Shown here: positions 36,008 to 50,400 of the stretch, one piece after another
How positions within the stretch are numbered: the stretch's first letter is position 1
Layout of the letters: the number at the start of each line of letters is the position of its first letter
Translations under genes and position numbers: made by a program
Notes under the pieces: generated by a model
What the model was told of the DNA's origin: nothing
The model's database searches: none
Seen by the model: the letters and a program-made list of their open reading frames with translations, nothing else
Assembly (NCBI GenBank): GCA_965235115.1
Contig: OZ249436.1
Coordinates: 14,448,001 to 14,508,000, forward strand
Length of the DNA stretch: 60,000 bases
Source of the DNA: Laetmonice hystrix
Taxonomy: Eukaryota
Direction of reading: 5' to 3'

Positions 36008-39000
36008 AAAGTGCAAATGACTCGCCCACCCGGAATGGCGTTGTTATTCATTAGGTTTGCTGCTAATTAGGAATCAATTAACGTTAAGTGATGGAAATGA
36101 CAGTTACTGTTCATATTATGCATAGTAGTATTCTAGTTTTTAAATTAACTGAAACATTCAAGCCTTGTTTGTTGGTTAGTTTTTTGTAATTCTAAAAATG
36201 AAATCAATTTAAATGGAAATTGATAGAAATTTCTGTTTTTATTTTAAACAGGTTTCTGTTTAGGTGTATGTAGTGAGTCCAAAAGTAACAGTTTAGGGTA
36301 TAATAAAAGAAGGAGGACGTCTAATGCGGAAAGCAGAACTCTTCACTACTTGAGTGCAGCTGCGACTTTTGGTCGCGGTATCTGGCGTGCGAGTAGTATA
36401 AGAAAATGTGGGTTTGTTGCAAGGAATACCAGTACGTTTTGTATGCGAGCTGTAGAGTATTTTAATGACAGGTACGTGGTAGGTGAAATAACCATTCATC
36501 TAAAGTAACAATTTTTGATGACAGGTTTGTAAATAACCATGTTGTTACTGAAACCAAAGTGAAGGTTTAGCGACTCCTGCCTCACTGCAGGGCATGAGGG
36601 CATGTTGTTCATTGTGATAATATCTTTGTCTCTAAAACTGAAAGATGTTAAGGTTTTTCGGCATTACCGGTACTTGTAGTCCCAATGCGGTCGTAAGTTT
36701 AAGTTATCAAAGGGTCTTTTCCATAGTTCAGATAGGTAGGGGGTAAAACTCAGGATGAATTGAAAAACCAAGTAACATGTGCAGCCAGTGCAGCCTCATC
36801 AATCATCGTAATGGCTAGTTGGTAGACCATTTATGAGGGGTGGTACCAAGGGCAGGGTTCGGTCAGTGCGGGCACTTTCTCAGGTGAGGTATTCTCACCT
36901 GAGCATCGAAGGCAAGTGTAGTGTTTGAACCATTGACTGATCAGGTTGGTCATAAGAAAAAAAAGAATTATTGATGATGGGAATGCCAGTGATTGATTTT
37001 AGACTAGAAGCCCGTCCAAGGATGTAACTGTATTAGCTGCTAACAACCTATCGCGGTATTTTAATAGTAGAATCATGTACAACGAGATGAAATGGTTTTA
37101 TCCAGAATCCATGGAAACAAATAAACTGGCGGAGGAGCATCACCTTGGAACCATTCCGTGTATAATTTGTGAGTGATATTCTGCAGAATTGCAGAATAGT
37201 TGAAAATAAAATTGTAGTGTTCAGCATACAGGGAAACACTGATAAAAGTAGCATGTTCAATATCTGGAACAGTTATTAAGGTCTTATGTATAACGCATTA
37301 TATAAAGTATCATGATGTAGTTTTTAATCATGTTGTCACGTCATAGACTCTCAATCATTCATGTGGCCTATTCCAGCAGTCAATATTCTCCCGTTTAACA
37401 TAGCTCTCTGCGATGATATTGTGTGAGCTGCACAGGAATGTTCCGTAGAAGACGTGTCTGGCCTGCAGAGGGTAATCTGGCTATGTGGGTGCTGCTAGTG
37501 CTGTATTGATTTTAAGTCCCTTGGGATGCAGCCAACGCTTGTCAAGGGAATGGGGCCAGCCTGACAAGAGGGGATGGCCTAGAAACCAGGCTGGTGTGTA
37601 GGGGTCAGCCTGGTCAGCACAAATAAAGCTGGGTACTTCAGGCGGGCTTCAGACAGTTGACATTTGAACATGTGTGAATAACTTTGAAATTAGATTCAGA
37701 CACCTAAGCATATTTGTCTCATGTTGTTTATATCTAGGTATATCAAAGTATCAACTACCATGTTGAAAAAGAACGAGACAGAGTTATAATTGAAGAACTG
37801 ATAATATCGTCAGAAGGCATCTTGAGTTGTGGACTTTGTACCAATTCCAGTTTTCTTTGTTGATTAATATTTGAATTGCCTTGTTTAGAATATGGCTTAG
37901 AATTTCTACTATTACAGCATGATATATTTTTGGCGTTATTAGTTAAAGGCAACAGATCAGTTAGAGGTATGACTGTTACATACCTATAGAGGTGTCACAA
38001 CCTTGTAAAAATTGAGGAATAAACATGAACTCTTAGGGTAACTCTGACGGGAGGATCTGGTTATAACATTTCTGCGATCGGTTGCATGCTAAGTTTTTAT
38101 GAATTTGTGGTTCAAGCAGACAATAATTTCTTTTGTCCATGGATTAAAGTCCGTAGAGTAAAAAAAATATGTTTTAGGTGATCATTTATGACGACAGCCA
38201 ACGGGCAGAATAATAAATACCAGGTGTTTCTTTTTGCCGAGTTTTGCCATTTGGTATGTGGAGTGTTTGTACATGTACTGGAGTGATGGATGGTTGACGT
38301 TGTTTTGTGTGCAGTCGTCGGCCCGTTATTTCCTACTATCGGGTCGTGATTCCGCTGATAGACAGGCGATGATTATAATAACAATAAATGGGAATTTGTA
38401 AGTGATGTTGAATATAATAATAGGCATCGACACGTTCACTCCGATATGATGAAGGAGACCAGAGGATCTGGAGATCCTCCTTCGTCAATTTGTGTAGGTC
38501 GTCTAATCCCAAGCTCCATCATGTGGAAATTCTCGCGATTTCCTATTATTTTCACATTAATTCACATGAATCAAAGTTAACAATATGGCCGGAAGTAATA
38601 CATCAGGAACCTAGCACTGTTGGAAGGCCACTCCATGCCGGCTTGTTTATTACTTTTGCGCATGTGCCATGAGAGTTGCGTGTCATTGGCTCAGAAGATT
38701 AGATCAGTCACCTTTAAAGGAGCACCCCCCCCCCCTTCAAACCCACGGGCATAGACTTGGAATCGTTTGCTGAGATTATGTGGTGCCACTACAGTCTCCC
38801 ACAAACATTTTGGCGTGTATTTTCGATAGTCAAGATTTTTTTATCATAGGGGAAGTATTGCCTCATGCAGGAAAATGGAATCAAAAGTTACACATCCCTA
38901 CCAATGATTTAGTCCAATTTTACTTGAAGTATGATTTTCCATTCTATAAGGCAGTTATTGTCAAAGTTCTTGTTCTTTATATTCCAATTTTTTTTTTCTC

Positions 39001-42000
39001 AATAAACCATTGGATTTCTTTATTATACATGTCTACTATGGAAGTAAATCTTACCGACATTGTCAGTTGTGTAGATACATGTAGGTGGCAGTGAGGCGGC
39101 CTGTGCCTTTAATTCTGTCCCCTGTGTAATTAAAGAGAGATCAGCTGATTTCCAGGGCAGTGGTGTAGTAAATGTTGAAATTTGAGTAGTTGCTGGTTAA
39201 TGATTGCCAGAATTGCCTTTCGGCAGATTCGAAAATCAACGAGGCAAGGTCATGGACTTTCTGTAATGAACTCCAGTATTGTCTAAATGTCGTGGGCGAG
39301 GACAAAAACAGGAAGAGGAAGTGTGAAAAGTCTTAAATCTGCCGAATGAAACTTTTGAATGTTACTTTAAAAGTACAATTTATAGCTAATTGCGGCTTGT
39401 CTCTATTGGTGGTTATCAAAATGCAAAGAGGATGATTTCAGATCGTGTGGAACCCCCATTCAGTTCCATTTCAAAAGAGAAAAACCTGTTGATACAATTA
39501 GCAAATGTTCTGGCACCATCTGAAGACGTAGTATTACTATCTGTGTGAAATGTGTTGAAATCTAGCCTTGGGGGTGAAAAATTGATAATGTCATAAACGT
39601 TTCTCGAAGAATAAAACAAATGTCTAGATCATTCAAGATTTTAAAGATATGATAAATCAGGTGGGAATTAAACTTTGAATAGAATTTTGAAGATATGGTT
39701 TATCATTGCGAATAATTTGAACGTTGAATCTTGGTGAGCCTGTCGTACCAACATCCATTCTTTGCTTGTAGCTGGCCATCTCTCAGGGACATTAATCAGG
39801 GACGACTCTTAATAACCCCAGCCCTGACCAAGGAATTGCCCCAGGCTCCAGGTCGGAAAAATAATGAATGTCAAATTGTCAAATGTCATGAAAGGACCTC
39901 CTGAAGGTGGCGTTTACAATGCTGGCGATGGCGTGGTTGAGAATAGGCAGGAGAAAGGAGGTGGTGCTTTTTTATATGCAATCCTGGCTCTGGTGCCTGA
40001 CTGACACAGAATGGGGGTCGGCCTGGCTTCTGCTACTAAGGCAGGAATATGATGCCATTCCGAGAACCATAGAATCGTCTACTCCAATGTAGAGATGTAA
40101 CCGTTATCAGTGATTGAGAAAGCAAAGGCCTATAAACACCATAAACATCTGAAGCAATATACTGTACATAAAATGAGGACACCCTCCGTAAATGATCCTC
40201 TGACCTTCTTAATGACAGTTTTACCTACGAAAGTCCTAGACACCTTGCAAATGAACAGATGAGATGGAAATACGGTTTTCTGGATTTTAACTCACGGAGT
40301 ATGGTTCGGGTGGCACACAATGAGGTGTTAGTATGAAAGTACCAGGACTGCTAGTTGTAACGATAATATGCAGCCTCAGCAGTACAGGTGCACCGTTTAT
40401 AACGAATCACAAAGGAGTGCAACTCTTTCTATGTGAAGTGTTGTAAATAGTTGCCGAGTGGGTTAGATACACGATATGTACTGGTATACAATCACAAATG
40501 TGAGTACCGGTACTCTTTTTAGACAAGGCATGAAAATTGAGGGCTTAGAGGTAATCGTGTGGCAGGCAACGTTATCCTTTTCTCAGACAAAAGATCATTT
40601 GAAAATTGAATACTGGAATGATGTTATTTTAGGCATTTTTGTTCACTGATCCAGTGTTAAACGGGTGTTGTAATAATTTCGAGGGAAGGGTTTGTGTACC
40701 ATTTACCTTAGGTTTATTAAAGAATTTGATTTATATGTACAGGAGAAATAATTAGTGCCCCGGTATATCCACGGAAGAGTTAGTTTCTCTAAATGTCTGT
40801 GAATAGAGATGCAGTACGGTACCATGCCTATGTTACAAAGTGTGGAACATTATTACATATATGTGAGCGACGAATGGGATGCAAACGGTGACCTACTGTA
40901 GTGAGAGTATATGAGGGAGCGGGGACAGGGAGCTAGCTCACTGAGCCACTAGTGGCATGCTGGACCAACAAAAAAATAACCTCGTTTGCTCTCACAAGAC
41001 ACTGTCATTGAGATATTCGTGGCATTTGCAGTAGTATTCATTTCCTCCCGACACTCAGCAGTGATAGTGTTTGAATACGTGTGTAAGTCTGTGGGAAATA
41101 GTAGCTTAGCCTGTGAATGCAGTGAACTCTGCCACAGCCTACTCTACGTACGAGGATATTGATAATTTGATACCTACAGTCAGAAGAATGCCAGTTGTGT
41201 TGAATGTCCTGTGGAATAACACGAATTAATTCAGGGCAGGGAGATTTGTATCAAATTTCAACTAATTCTGCCTATTTATGATATCAAGAAGAAACCTACA
41301 CAGGGACACGTTGCCTTACACATTTGACTGATTGCAAGGGTTCTGTAATGTGTAGCATTGCATATATGTATATGCTGTGATAGAGGCCCGACCTGATATA
41401 GCACAATCAGAGGCGTCGGGGGGGGGGGGGCGTGGAGGGGGGGGGGCGTGGAGGGGGGGGGGCAGGTACATGAGGATGACCGATGGTAGGCTACACGGTG
41501 CCACTCCTCCTCAAGTCCCATTTAAAGTGGCAAATAGTGGAAGTTTGAAATGACTTTTAACGACTACACGAACATCCATTGTTGACAATTTTCCTATATT
41601 TCCCCTAAACGCTTTCAACATCAAGCAGAAACGCTATCATAGGTAATACCTGCCTTTTAGCTGAGAAAAAAACCATAATTAGGCAAAAGAGTCCCAAGTT
41701 GCCACTCAAAAGTCTTCATTATTATGTCATTCGCTGGGTATCAGGCCAGTTCCTTGTTAATTAAGTTCAAATGGTATCGTTCGGGTTGGACAGAACCAGT
41801 TTAATTGTGATTCCCAAAGTGCGTGCACCTATCCTCCTTTAACACAGTTTCACTTTCTATGGAAATGAAAAATAAATGTCCAGACCTTCATCTTTCACAT
41901 CCAAAACTATGTATAACGATTCAATTTGCCTTCTCTTTTTTGCAACTCAACAAGAAGGATGCCGAAAGCAGCTCAATAGAAATGTGAAAAATTATATTTG

Positions 42001-42843
42001 TAATTTGAATGAAGAAGAAACCCTTTAATCTTTATGAAACAAGTTAATTCTGATCTAATAGCCTTATTGCTTAAACGTGATGATTCATAGCAACAGAAAC
42101 TTTCACGACCTTTCCATGATGAGGCTTTTTTTCATGACTGAATTGCCTGAAACAATATTAACCCAAAGATAAATCTGCGCTGCTCCAGATTTAGAGTCCA
42201 GATTGTGACTACTTTAAAATGTCATTGTGAATACTTCTATTTAAAGTGGACTGGTGATAATTCACAGCAGCAGAACTATTTGCACTGTACAGGTGTGCTG
42301 TGATGCTGTATTATTGTTAACGTCTTTTTACAAAATCGTAAGAATTATCTCATGTATTCATCTCCTTCAAGTCCCCAAGCATGCATGCAGTGGGAAGTAC
42401 CAGCCCAAGCGGATACATTTCCATCATGAGCCATGCCCGTATATTACATTATAAATATTTCTGCTGGTGGCAATTGGTGTGAAAATGCTCTGTACTATGA
42501 TGCATGCAGCTTGCCCATCATTAAATTTTGAAGACATCCAAATGTACAACAAAATGTGATGTAAAATGTTACTTTCATCATCTTGAATACATTGACAGAT
42601 GATGGAATATGAAAGCTACTAATTTGGTCAAAATTCGTGAATTTGATTGATCTTGGAAAACTTTCCCAATTACGCTACCAATATTCCAACTATTGATTAC
42701 CCAGCGCTTCTTGCGTTATTCTGTCTCATTTCTAGGGTCATAGTGAACAGTTCAGCGTTGTTTACCTCTATTTTTACATCTGCCAGAAAATAACCTTTAT
42801 AATGGGCCCTCAATAACTATATGATGTTGCACGTTTGAATTGA

Positions 42844-43017
<174 letters not shown>

Positions 43018-44394
43018 TGAATTGTTAGCACCACGGGACATCACACTATATCGTATAATACGTTAACCATAATTCTTGTAGATTATAACGCTGGTGTTGC
43101 AGGTGTAAAGAAGACAAATGCTTTTGTTTTCCTTTGCTTTCTTTACCAAAATATGCTGGAATAGAATTGCATCTGGATAAAATTGCGCCTTTTGGTTGTA
43201 AGATGACGCTTTATGATAATATCAAATGGTTGGGGCCCTGGGAACCACCCCCTTGGGCATAGCGAGAGCATTTCCTATAGCTTTACTTATAAATGGTTTC
43301 TTGCCTGTCCTCGCCCAGCTATTCCCATCAACTGCCAGCCTTCCACACTAGCTCAGTGTAAACACTATCCACTTCAACCAAGCTCCCAGCCACTTGAAAC
43401 TGCTATTGATTGCTGGCCGTCTCTCGTATGGTGGGGTCACAAATTGTGATGCTCGAAATGGGCCGACTGACCGACAAATTGTGGTACCATACCCACTAAA
43501 AATCAATTTGCTCTCCTTCCAGCAGCCGTGCAGACTTCATGCAAATCTTTCTTAATCTCCTCTTTTTCCTAACGTGCTTGTAATTCCCTAGAAATATTGG
43601 TTGGGCTGAGTTTTTTTTCAAGACAGCCGATGTATTTTCGTTGTGATAAGAATTATCAGCTCATGCCAGTCAGAGTAAATATTGTAACACACGACTAGCA
43701 TTTCCCATCGAGCTTTGATGTTTCAAGAATGTCATGAAGGTCATTCCCGGTCGATCGATGCCATTTAGTCTGATCATAATGACAGCTCTACTCGGCCGGC
43801 TGCCTTCCCCTCAGTCAACATTCACGGGAATTATGGAGTAGCGAGTTTTTTACCTGTAAATCATATACCTTTTTTATAAGTTACATAGGCTACCACATGA
43901 TCAGGGCCCCAAAACTGATGACAAAACCGAGATATCAGGCTGCATTTAATATTTATAGGCATCAGTTACGAATTGAAGTTGTAAAATAGTATTTGATAAT
44001 GATTGTGAAACACAAAAACTCAAGTAATGTATTTCTACTTTAATATAGATCTGATAATTGCAAGTTCTTTTGTGTCTAATCTTCTGAGAAAGATGTTTTC
44101 ACTTACCCATGTATTTCAGTATGAAAATGTTAGAAAGTAATCTTCACCATTTTCAAGCTCTCATATTTTATTTTGTTTTGAGGAGTACCCAGGTTACCAT
44201 TAAAAACGGATTTGTTGTTCCAAGTACAGAATCAGATTGACCTAGCGCGGAGTCCGTGCATCCTGCCCCAGTCAGTGAGTGGAGAGAATATAACGACGTT
44301 TTCAGCCCTCAACTCTCAGTGACAACTCTGAATTAATACCCTTGCACGATGAAGAACGTGACCGGGGTTCATCATGTCCCTCTTTTCATTGCAG

Positions 44395-44453
44395 ATTATT
44401 GGATTATTAAATGCATTCACTCCGCAGAAGACACTAGAAGAATTCCAAGATGT
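44395..44453 (+). CDS. JNK: JNK coding exon 3 (59 nt; not in the ORF track)
   Basis: TTGCAG|IIGLLNAFTPQKTLEEFQD(V)|GTGAGT. Confidence 0.96.
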
Positions 44454-47400
44454 GTGAGTACCTCTTATGTAGTCAGACCTGATGAGCATATTTGATGGAG
44501 TACTGAGCCCAATTTGAGCAACAATCTGAGAGGCCCGTCTTTGTGGAGTCCGTTGATTACAGTTAAATTTCATTGTTCTACTATACGTGGAGTGTGACCC
44601 ACATTGGGCCGAACTCCAGGCCGCAGTTACTGTCACATCAGAGCATGCAAACATGGATATTTCTTACACTGAGTATGTGATGCTGAGGTTATTCATTACT
44701 GACTGTTTAACGTAAAAATATGGGGATATGAGATATAATATGTCGTAATATCTATCATCACGAACAGTGGTCTGAAAGGTAAGTATTTTTTTTACAATCC
44801 AGGCAAGTATAATTTGCCAGGTAAACGAAAAATCAATATAATGATGTCGTATGATTATATCAAATGTTGACAGTTAGTAATACAAGCCGTTTTCGCGATT
44901 TAGAGTAATACTTATGTAGATTTCTTTATAGTTTAACTGATACTTGTTGAAGGAACCTTTTTGCTGAAAAAAATGCAATTAGATCATTTCTATGTATAAA
45001 ACTTCTTATCTACCATCATGTCCCGGTATTGTGTGTACGTCATACTTATGCCTTAAAAAGGTTGCTATAGATATCAAACTGGCAGAATGAATATTAGTTT
45101 AATAGACAAAATAAGAGTCCGATGGTGAGGTGTCTGTCACACGACCTGGGCCGTCTGTGGGTGTGACTGATTATACGGCATGGTGGTGGGAACCTTTGCC
45201 AGTTGATGGCACGGGATGGGAATAGAAAGTAGATCTTGTAGTGGGAACAACGGTGCCACAGAGACTATCTGTATGCCTGTGTTTCCATACGTGTGTTTGT
45301 GGAGGTGTGGGGGCGGAGGGGAGGATACCTGGGAAGTTGCGTAGGAGTGTCATATTTCGTCTAGATCAAGATGTCGTTGACCTGAGCGTCGCTTCGTCCA
45401 TAAGTAGGGACATTGTGGAGGTGGCTGTCATGTATTGTATCCAGGGTGTCTTTAATGGATGCAGGATTTACATTTTGTCGTTGCTCCTGGCCATCTCAGA
45501 TTCTGCGTAAAAATCACGGGTAGTTGGCATGTTTTAGTGTAATTGAAATGGATGAATAGGTGTGCAATCCCCGGTTAAAATCACAAATTTTAATGTCGTA
45601 ATCCATAATCGAGTAATGTAATTTAGAGCAAGACCGGTGTGGCAAGATTATACCCGCCAGATCGATCTGATCCAGAATTGTGTTGTAAACAGGAGCGCAT
45701 TTGTATAGCTTATTATTTCAAACACAGGAGAATTATTTTTATTCACTTTTTAGTTTGGACACTTGAGGAAATATATTGCAAGGTATTTTTATCCCAGTAT
45801 GCAATATGGGAAGGGCCCAAACGGTCCATGGAAAGATTTGAATTTGATTTTCCGTATTTAAAAAAACCTTGTGCAGCGGAGCATTGGCTTATCTGATATT
45901 ATAGTTGAGCTTGGTGTGAGTTTCTGTCAGACTGACTTTACAGAGTGCCTATGACGGGTGCATAATTTCCTGGTTTTAGTAGTGAATACGGTAATATGTG
46001 ACGTGTCACGTACACAATACAATGAAAGTCTTTCTTCTCTTTCAAATAGGAATCGTATATGGTGTGGATAAATAGCCGATGAGACACGATGTGAATAATT
46101 GTGTACATTGTATTGCACAATGACTTTTCTGTAGGGATCGTTCATTAGAATATTACTTGTTGGATAACTTGCACATAACAGACATACAAAGAGAATGCAC
46201 ACTGTTTTGCAGGGTAATTTTTAGTAACAATATTTATTAAGAGTGTTCCATTCTTAATGGCGATATCACATGTAACTAAGCCGTGCAGTTCCTGACGGAG
46301 TGGATGCGTTTTAAGGTTAGACGTCGGAACACAGGAGAGAGAGAGAGAGTAGAGGACATGGCTGTAGGCAAGGAGAATTAAGTGATACCGGTAATTGGAA
46401 TTGTCACGGGGAGACAGCCATGCAGTCAGTTCACCTGTCAAGGCCGAGAAGCCGAGTGACACCATGAATTCAATATTGATATCATTGGGTGATTGTCGAC
46501 AGCGGCCTGTGATGGATCGCTGGGATCATTCAGGGCCAGTGACAGAGCAGGCAGTCTCTGCCCGCCACTCGGTAACTCTACTGAATTATCGGTGCACTGT
46601 TCTGGGCCCGGGCCGGTGGAAGGAGTGCAGGGGTATGGCATGTAAATTGGGATAAATAAAGTGGTTCATGAGGGCAGTGAGCAACCAACGGTGGTCATAA
46701 TAAATGTAGTGCGGTGGGCTCTGACGATAGGCGGACGGGAATTCCACCAAGAATTGCAATAAATTAGACTTTGGCCAAAGGGATGTCTCGGCATGTCAGC
46801 ATTCAAGAGCATTCAAGAAATCGTTGTTGTTTTCAGACAAAGAGAAGTTGCTTATCTTAATAGATTGTTCTACAATCTTTGCTTCTCATGGGATTCTTTT
46901 GTCTTGGAGAATGGCAGAGCCACCAAACGCTGTACAATGTATTTATTGAATTGTTATCGTTTGTCCTACTCCGATACAGTGTGCGTCGACATAATACTGC
47001 AGAGGCTTAACAAATGTTGTCATGGGTTTAGTGAGTTTAAAGGAAAGTCCCCCGCCATAGTAGAACACAAAATTAATGTCGACAAAAATTGAGTCAGAAG
47101 TTAATTTGTTTTCACACACAAATTGTAGATTGTCCAAGCTTACACGCTAAGTCTATCAGTCGTAACCCATAAATCTGTAAACTGCTCTGCCAAATTTTCT
47201 GTAAACTACTATCACAAATTGTCTGTGAATACCACCTCATGTGAGTGTTCTCCTCAGAGAGCTGTAGTGGGGTGTGATGCACTGAGTAATTAATCACCCT
47301 CCGGACAGTTTTGAGTGGTAGAACTGGTAGACGGCAAATAATCACAGCATGTGTGTCCTCCCCCCGCCCCCCATGATCTCTGTGGGACAGCTGCAGGCTG

Positions 47401-50400
47401 GCAACTTTAAGGTTCAATTCCTACTTGCTGAAGTCAAGTTATCGACTGGCTGGATGATTCATAACATCAGCAATGTCATAGACCAAAGCGATTAAAATAC
47501 TTTCATGGTTCCCACGAGACCAGGAAACCGGGGAAAGTCAGGAAATTTTATATTATTGGGACCTGACGGGCGTGGAAAAGTCTGGGAATTTTGATATATG
47601 TGCTGAAGTCCGGGAATTTGACGAACAGATTCAAATTCTAGGGAGTGATACACAGTCAGGGTACCGCTTTTTAATCATCGTCGATATCCCATGCGAAGAA
47701 AAAAGTGGGAGGAGACATGAACATGGTCCTGGAAAAAATCGTAAAGATCCGGGAAAAGTCCGTGAATTGTACTTTATTTCCTCGCCCAAAAGATGGCTAG
47801 GAGGTGTGGCCTAAAGGTAAAACATTTGCCAGCTCCTCCAATCACTAAATTATATACATGTACTCTGATGGGTCATATTGGTTGGACAGATGTAACTTAC
47901 CGCGGTACTAGCTGCTAAAAAGTAGCCACTAGAAGTGCTTCCAGCAGCTGGTATGACATCACATGATACTGTTTTATTGTCATAAACCTTTGTATTGAGC
48001 AACATGAGAAGTGACAGCTGGCATTAGTCCAGGAGTAGAGAAGGAGGACTGAGAATGACAAACAGCTAGGATACAGGTGTATAATGTTGGATGGTTAGAC
48101 TCAAGGTCCAGCTCTGCCTCCAGCCTCACACTCGCCGCTTGGGTAGGCAGGTGTGGCACCTTTAATAAGATTGACGGATTGAGTACCATGTCATCTTCCT
48201 GTGACACTCGGTCATAGACTGGCTTCTCTACCGTTCACAAAGTTGGTATTGGAAGAAGTGTTCATGACAGTTCAATTTAACTGTGGAGGTTCCACTGATC
48301 TCCATATGGTATGGACTCTTAAATTTTCAAAATATTTCTGAAAGTCACATTCAGTATAAAACGGGGTTAATCGACTGTAATTGGATCCTGGAACCGTTGA
48401 ATACTAGTATAAATAGTATCTTTGATGTATTGGTATTTTGAAATCATTTAAAGTCTGGTTCCAGAATAACCATTTCTATATACTACTCACAACTTTAGAC
48501 CTACGGTATGTGGTCGAGTCCGCGACCAAAACCTGCAGTCGTTACACCGATGTAATCATGGATGCACAAACTATGAATAACGGTACGCTAACGTAAATGA
48601 CAATTAGAATTGAGAGATTTCACGGTAGTGCACGTTAAACAAAATTAGCTGCAGGTGGAAATTACACGGGATTAATTAATTGGCCAAAAAATTAGGAGCA
48701 AATCTATCACAGCAAATGGCTCATTTCCAGAGTTGGGAGATGCTAGATTAGATCCTGGTTGGCAGAACGCCAGTCAGACTGGAAGCAAAGCCATGGAGAG
48801 GCTGCACCAGACAGTTCTCGTCAGACCCGTATGTATATGATCAAAGAGAGCACTGGGCACACATGGCATGGCTCGCATCGAAGACGGGCAGTAACCCCGG
48901 CCCCATTGTATAATACCCGTCTGGTGTAATACCTTTTTGATCTTCTCAGAATGGTAGTAGGTCAGGGACCTTCACCTAGGGGTAGTTCCTATTTTCAGAC
49001 CAACATTTAACGTTCTTTCAAGATGAATTAGGATGGGTCAAGTTTTTGGGTCAGGGTCATGGACCCGGATACCATGGTCGTAAGATTCAGGCTTTTCAAC
49101 GATTGATGTCCAATTATCTTCATACATTAGATGCCTGGTAGTTAAAGGCCACCAATCAGTAGCCATGTAAACGTCATCAATTCGCGAGAAAACAGCTAGA
49201 GATATCATAAATATGTTATATTTAATGCTAAAACTAGTGAAAGAAATGTCAACTAATGAGGACTCGCTCCTAATTTAACATTAGAGTAAAACTGACCATG
49301 TTTTTTAGTGTGGTTTGTTTACTCAGTCACTCACATTAGCGGAAGATGGTCCAACATTTCTCACTCTTGTTGAATCTGGGAGGAGCTATCTTATATGCAC
49401 TCGGGATATAAAGCAATAATACCAACACACACACACACCCATTCTATTCACCAACCTACACTGTCAGCAGGATATCATCCTCTAGTGAATCTTAGATCTT
49501 TGAGTTTCAACAGTTGGGTGTGGTCGTATGTATACCGGCACACTCTTTGCGCACCCTCCCCCGCCCACGCACGCCTCCTCCCGTCTTTTGTCTGGCACCT
49601 TTCATCAGCGGCTGACCTCAGGCTGTCAGAGATCACGCTGATCAGTGGGGACAAAGAGGTGCCAATATAGCGGACGACACCTGCACTGCTGCCCGATCGT
49701 GTACCTCATCTGTTTATCGTTGTGGAGACCAATGGGAGCGGGCGTCCACTCAGCCCGGCGTTAACGGCATGCCGACAGATCAAAGGCGGCCGGAGAAAGT
49801 CACTGAGGACCGGCGAGCCCTTCATCTGGGATCTGTATACCAAGACTGCTTTCAATACAAGACGGCCAGCAAGTCGGAAAACTAGCCGCCCTGGACATAG
49901 GCACTCTCAAGGCTGTCCCCCTTGCTGTTAACGATTTTTTTTACTTGGGCCTTTGAGTTAGAGTGGATCATGAAGCTTGAAGGTTAAAAACTGGCACTCT
50001 AGGACAACAAATGAGAAACTGGTGGGAGAAAGTCATGAAAAAGGGCAAGTGTGAGCCTTTATCTTGTCTCAGCATGGGCGCTTAACTTTAAAATGTCTGC
50101 GGGAAGACCCTATAAATCGTCAACCAGCACCAAAAGGAAAACTTTTAATGGCAATGCCTTTTATGAATGAAAAAAGTGACTGGTGTCTTTGCTTTTTGAA
50201 TGAAAGATAAATTGGAAGTCAGTCACCAGTCAATCAATATGGGGCTGTAACCAGCGAGCAGTGCTGTTATTCTAGTACTGGTTATATGTTGAGATGTCAA
50301 TATATCCCAGACTTTAGCCATTGCTGACTGTCGCAGACAGTTCAAGTCGCAGAAGAACCCACCAAGTTAGAGCCGATGTATGTGGGTATGGCCGATCGTA

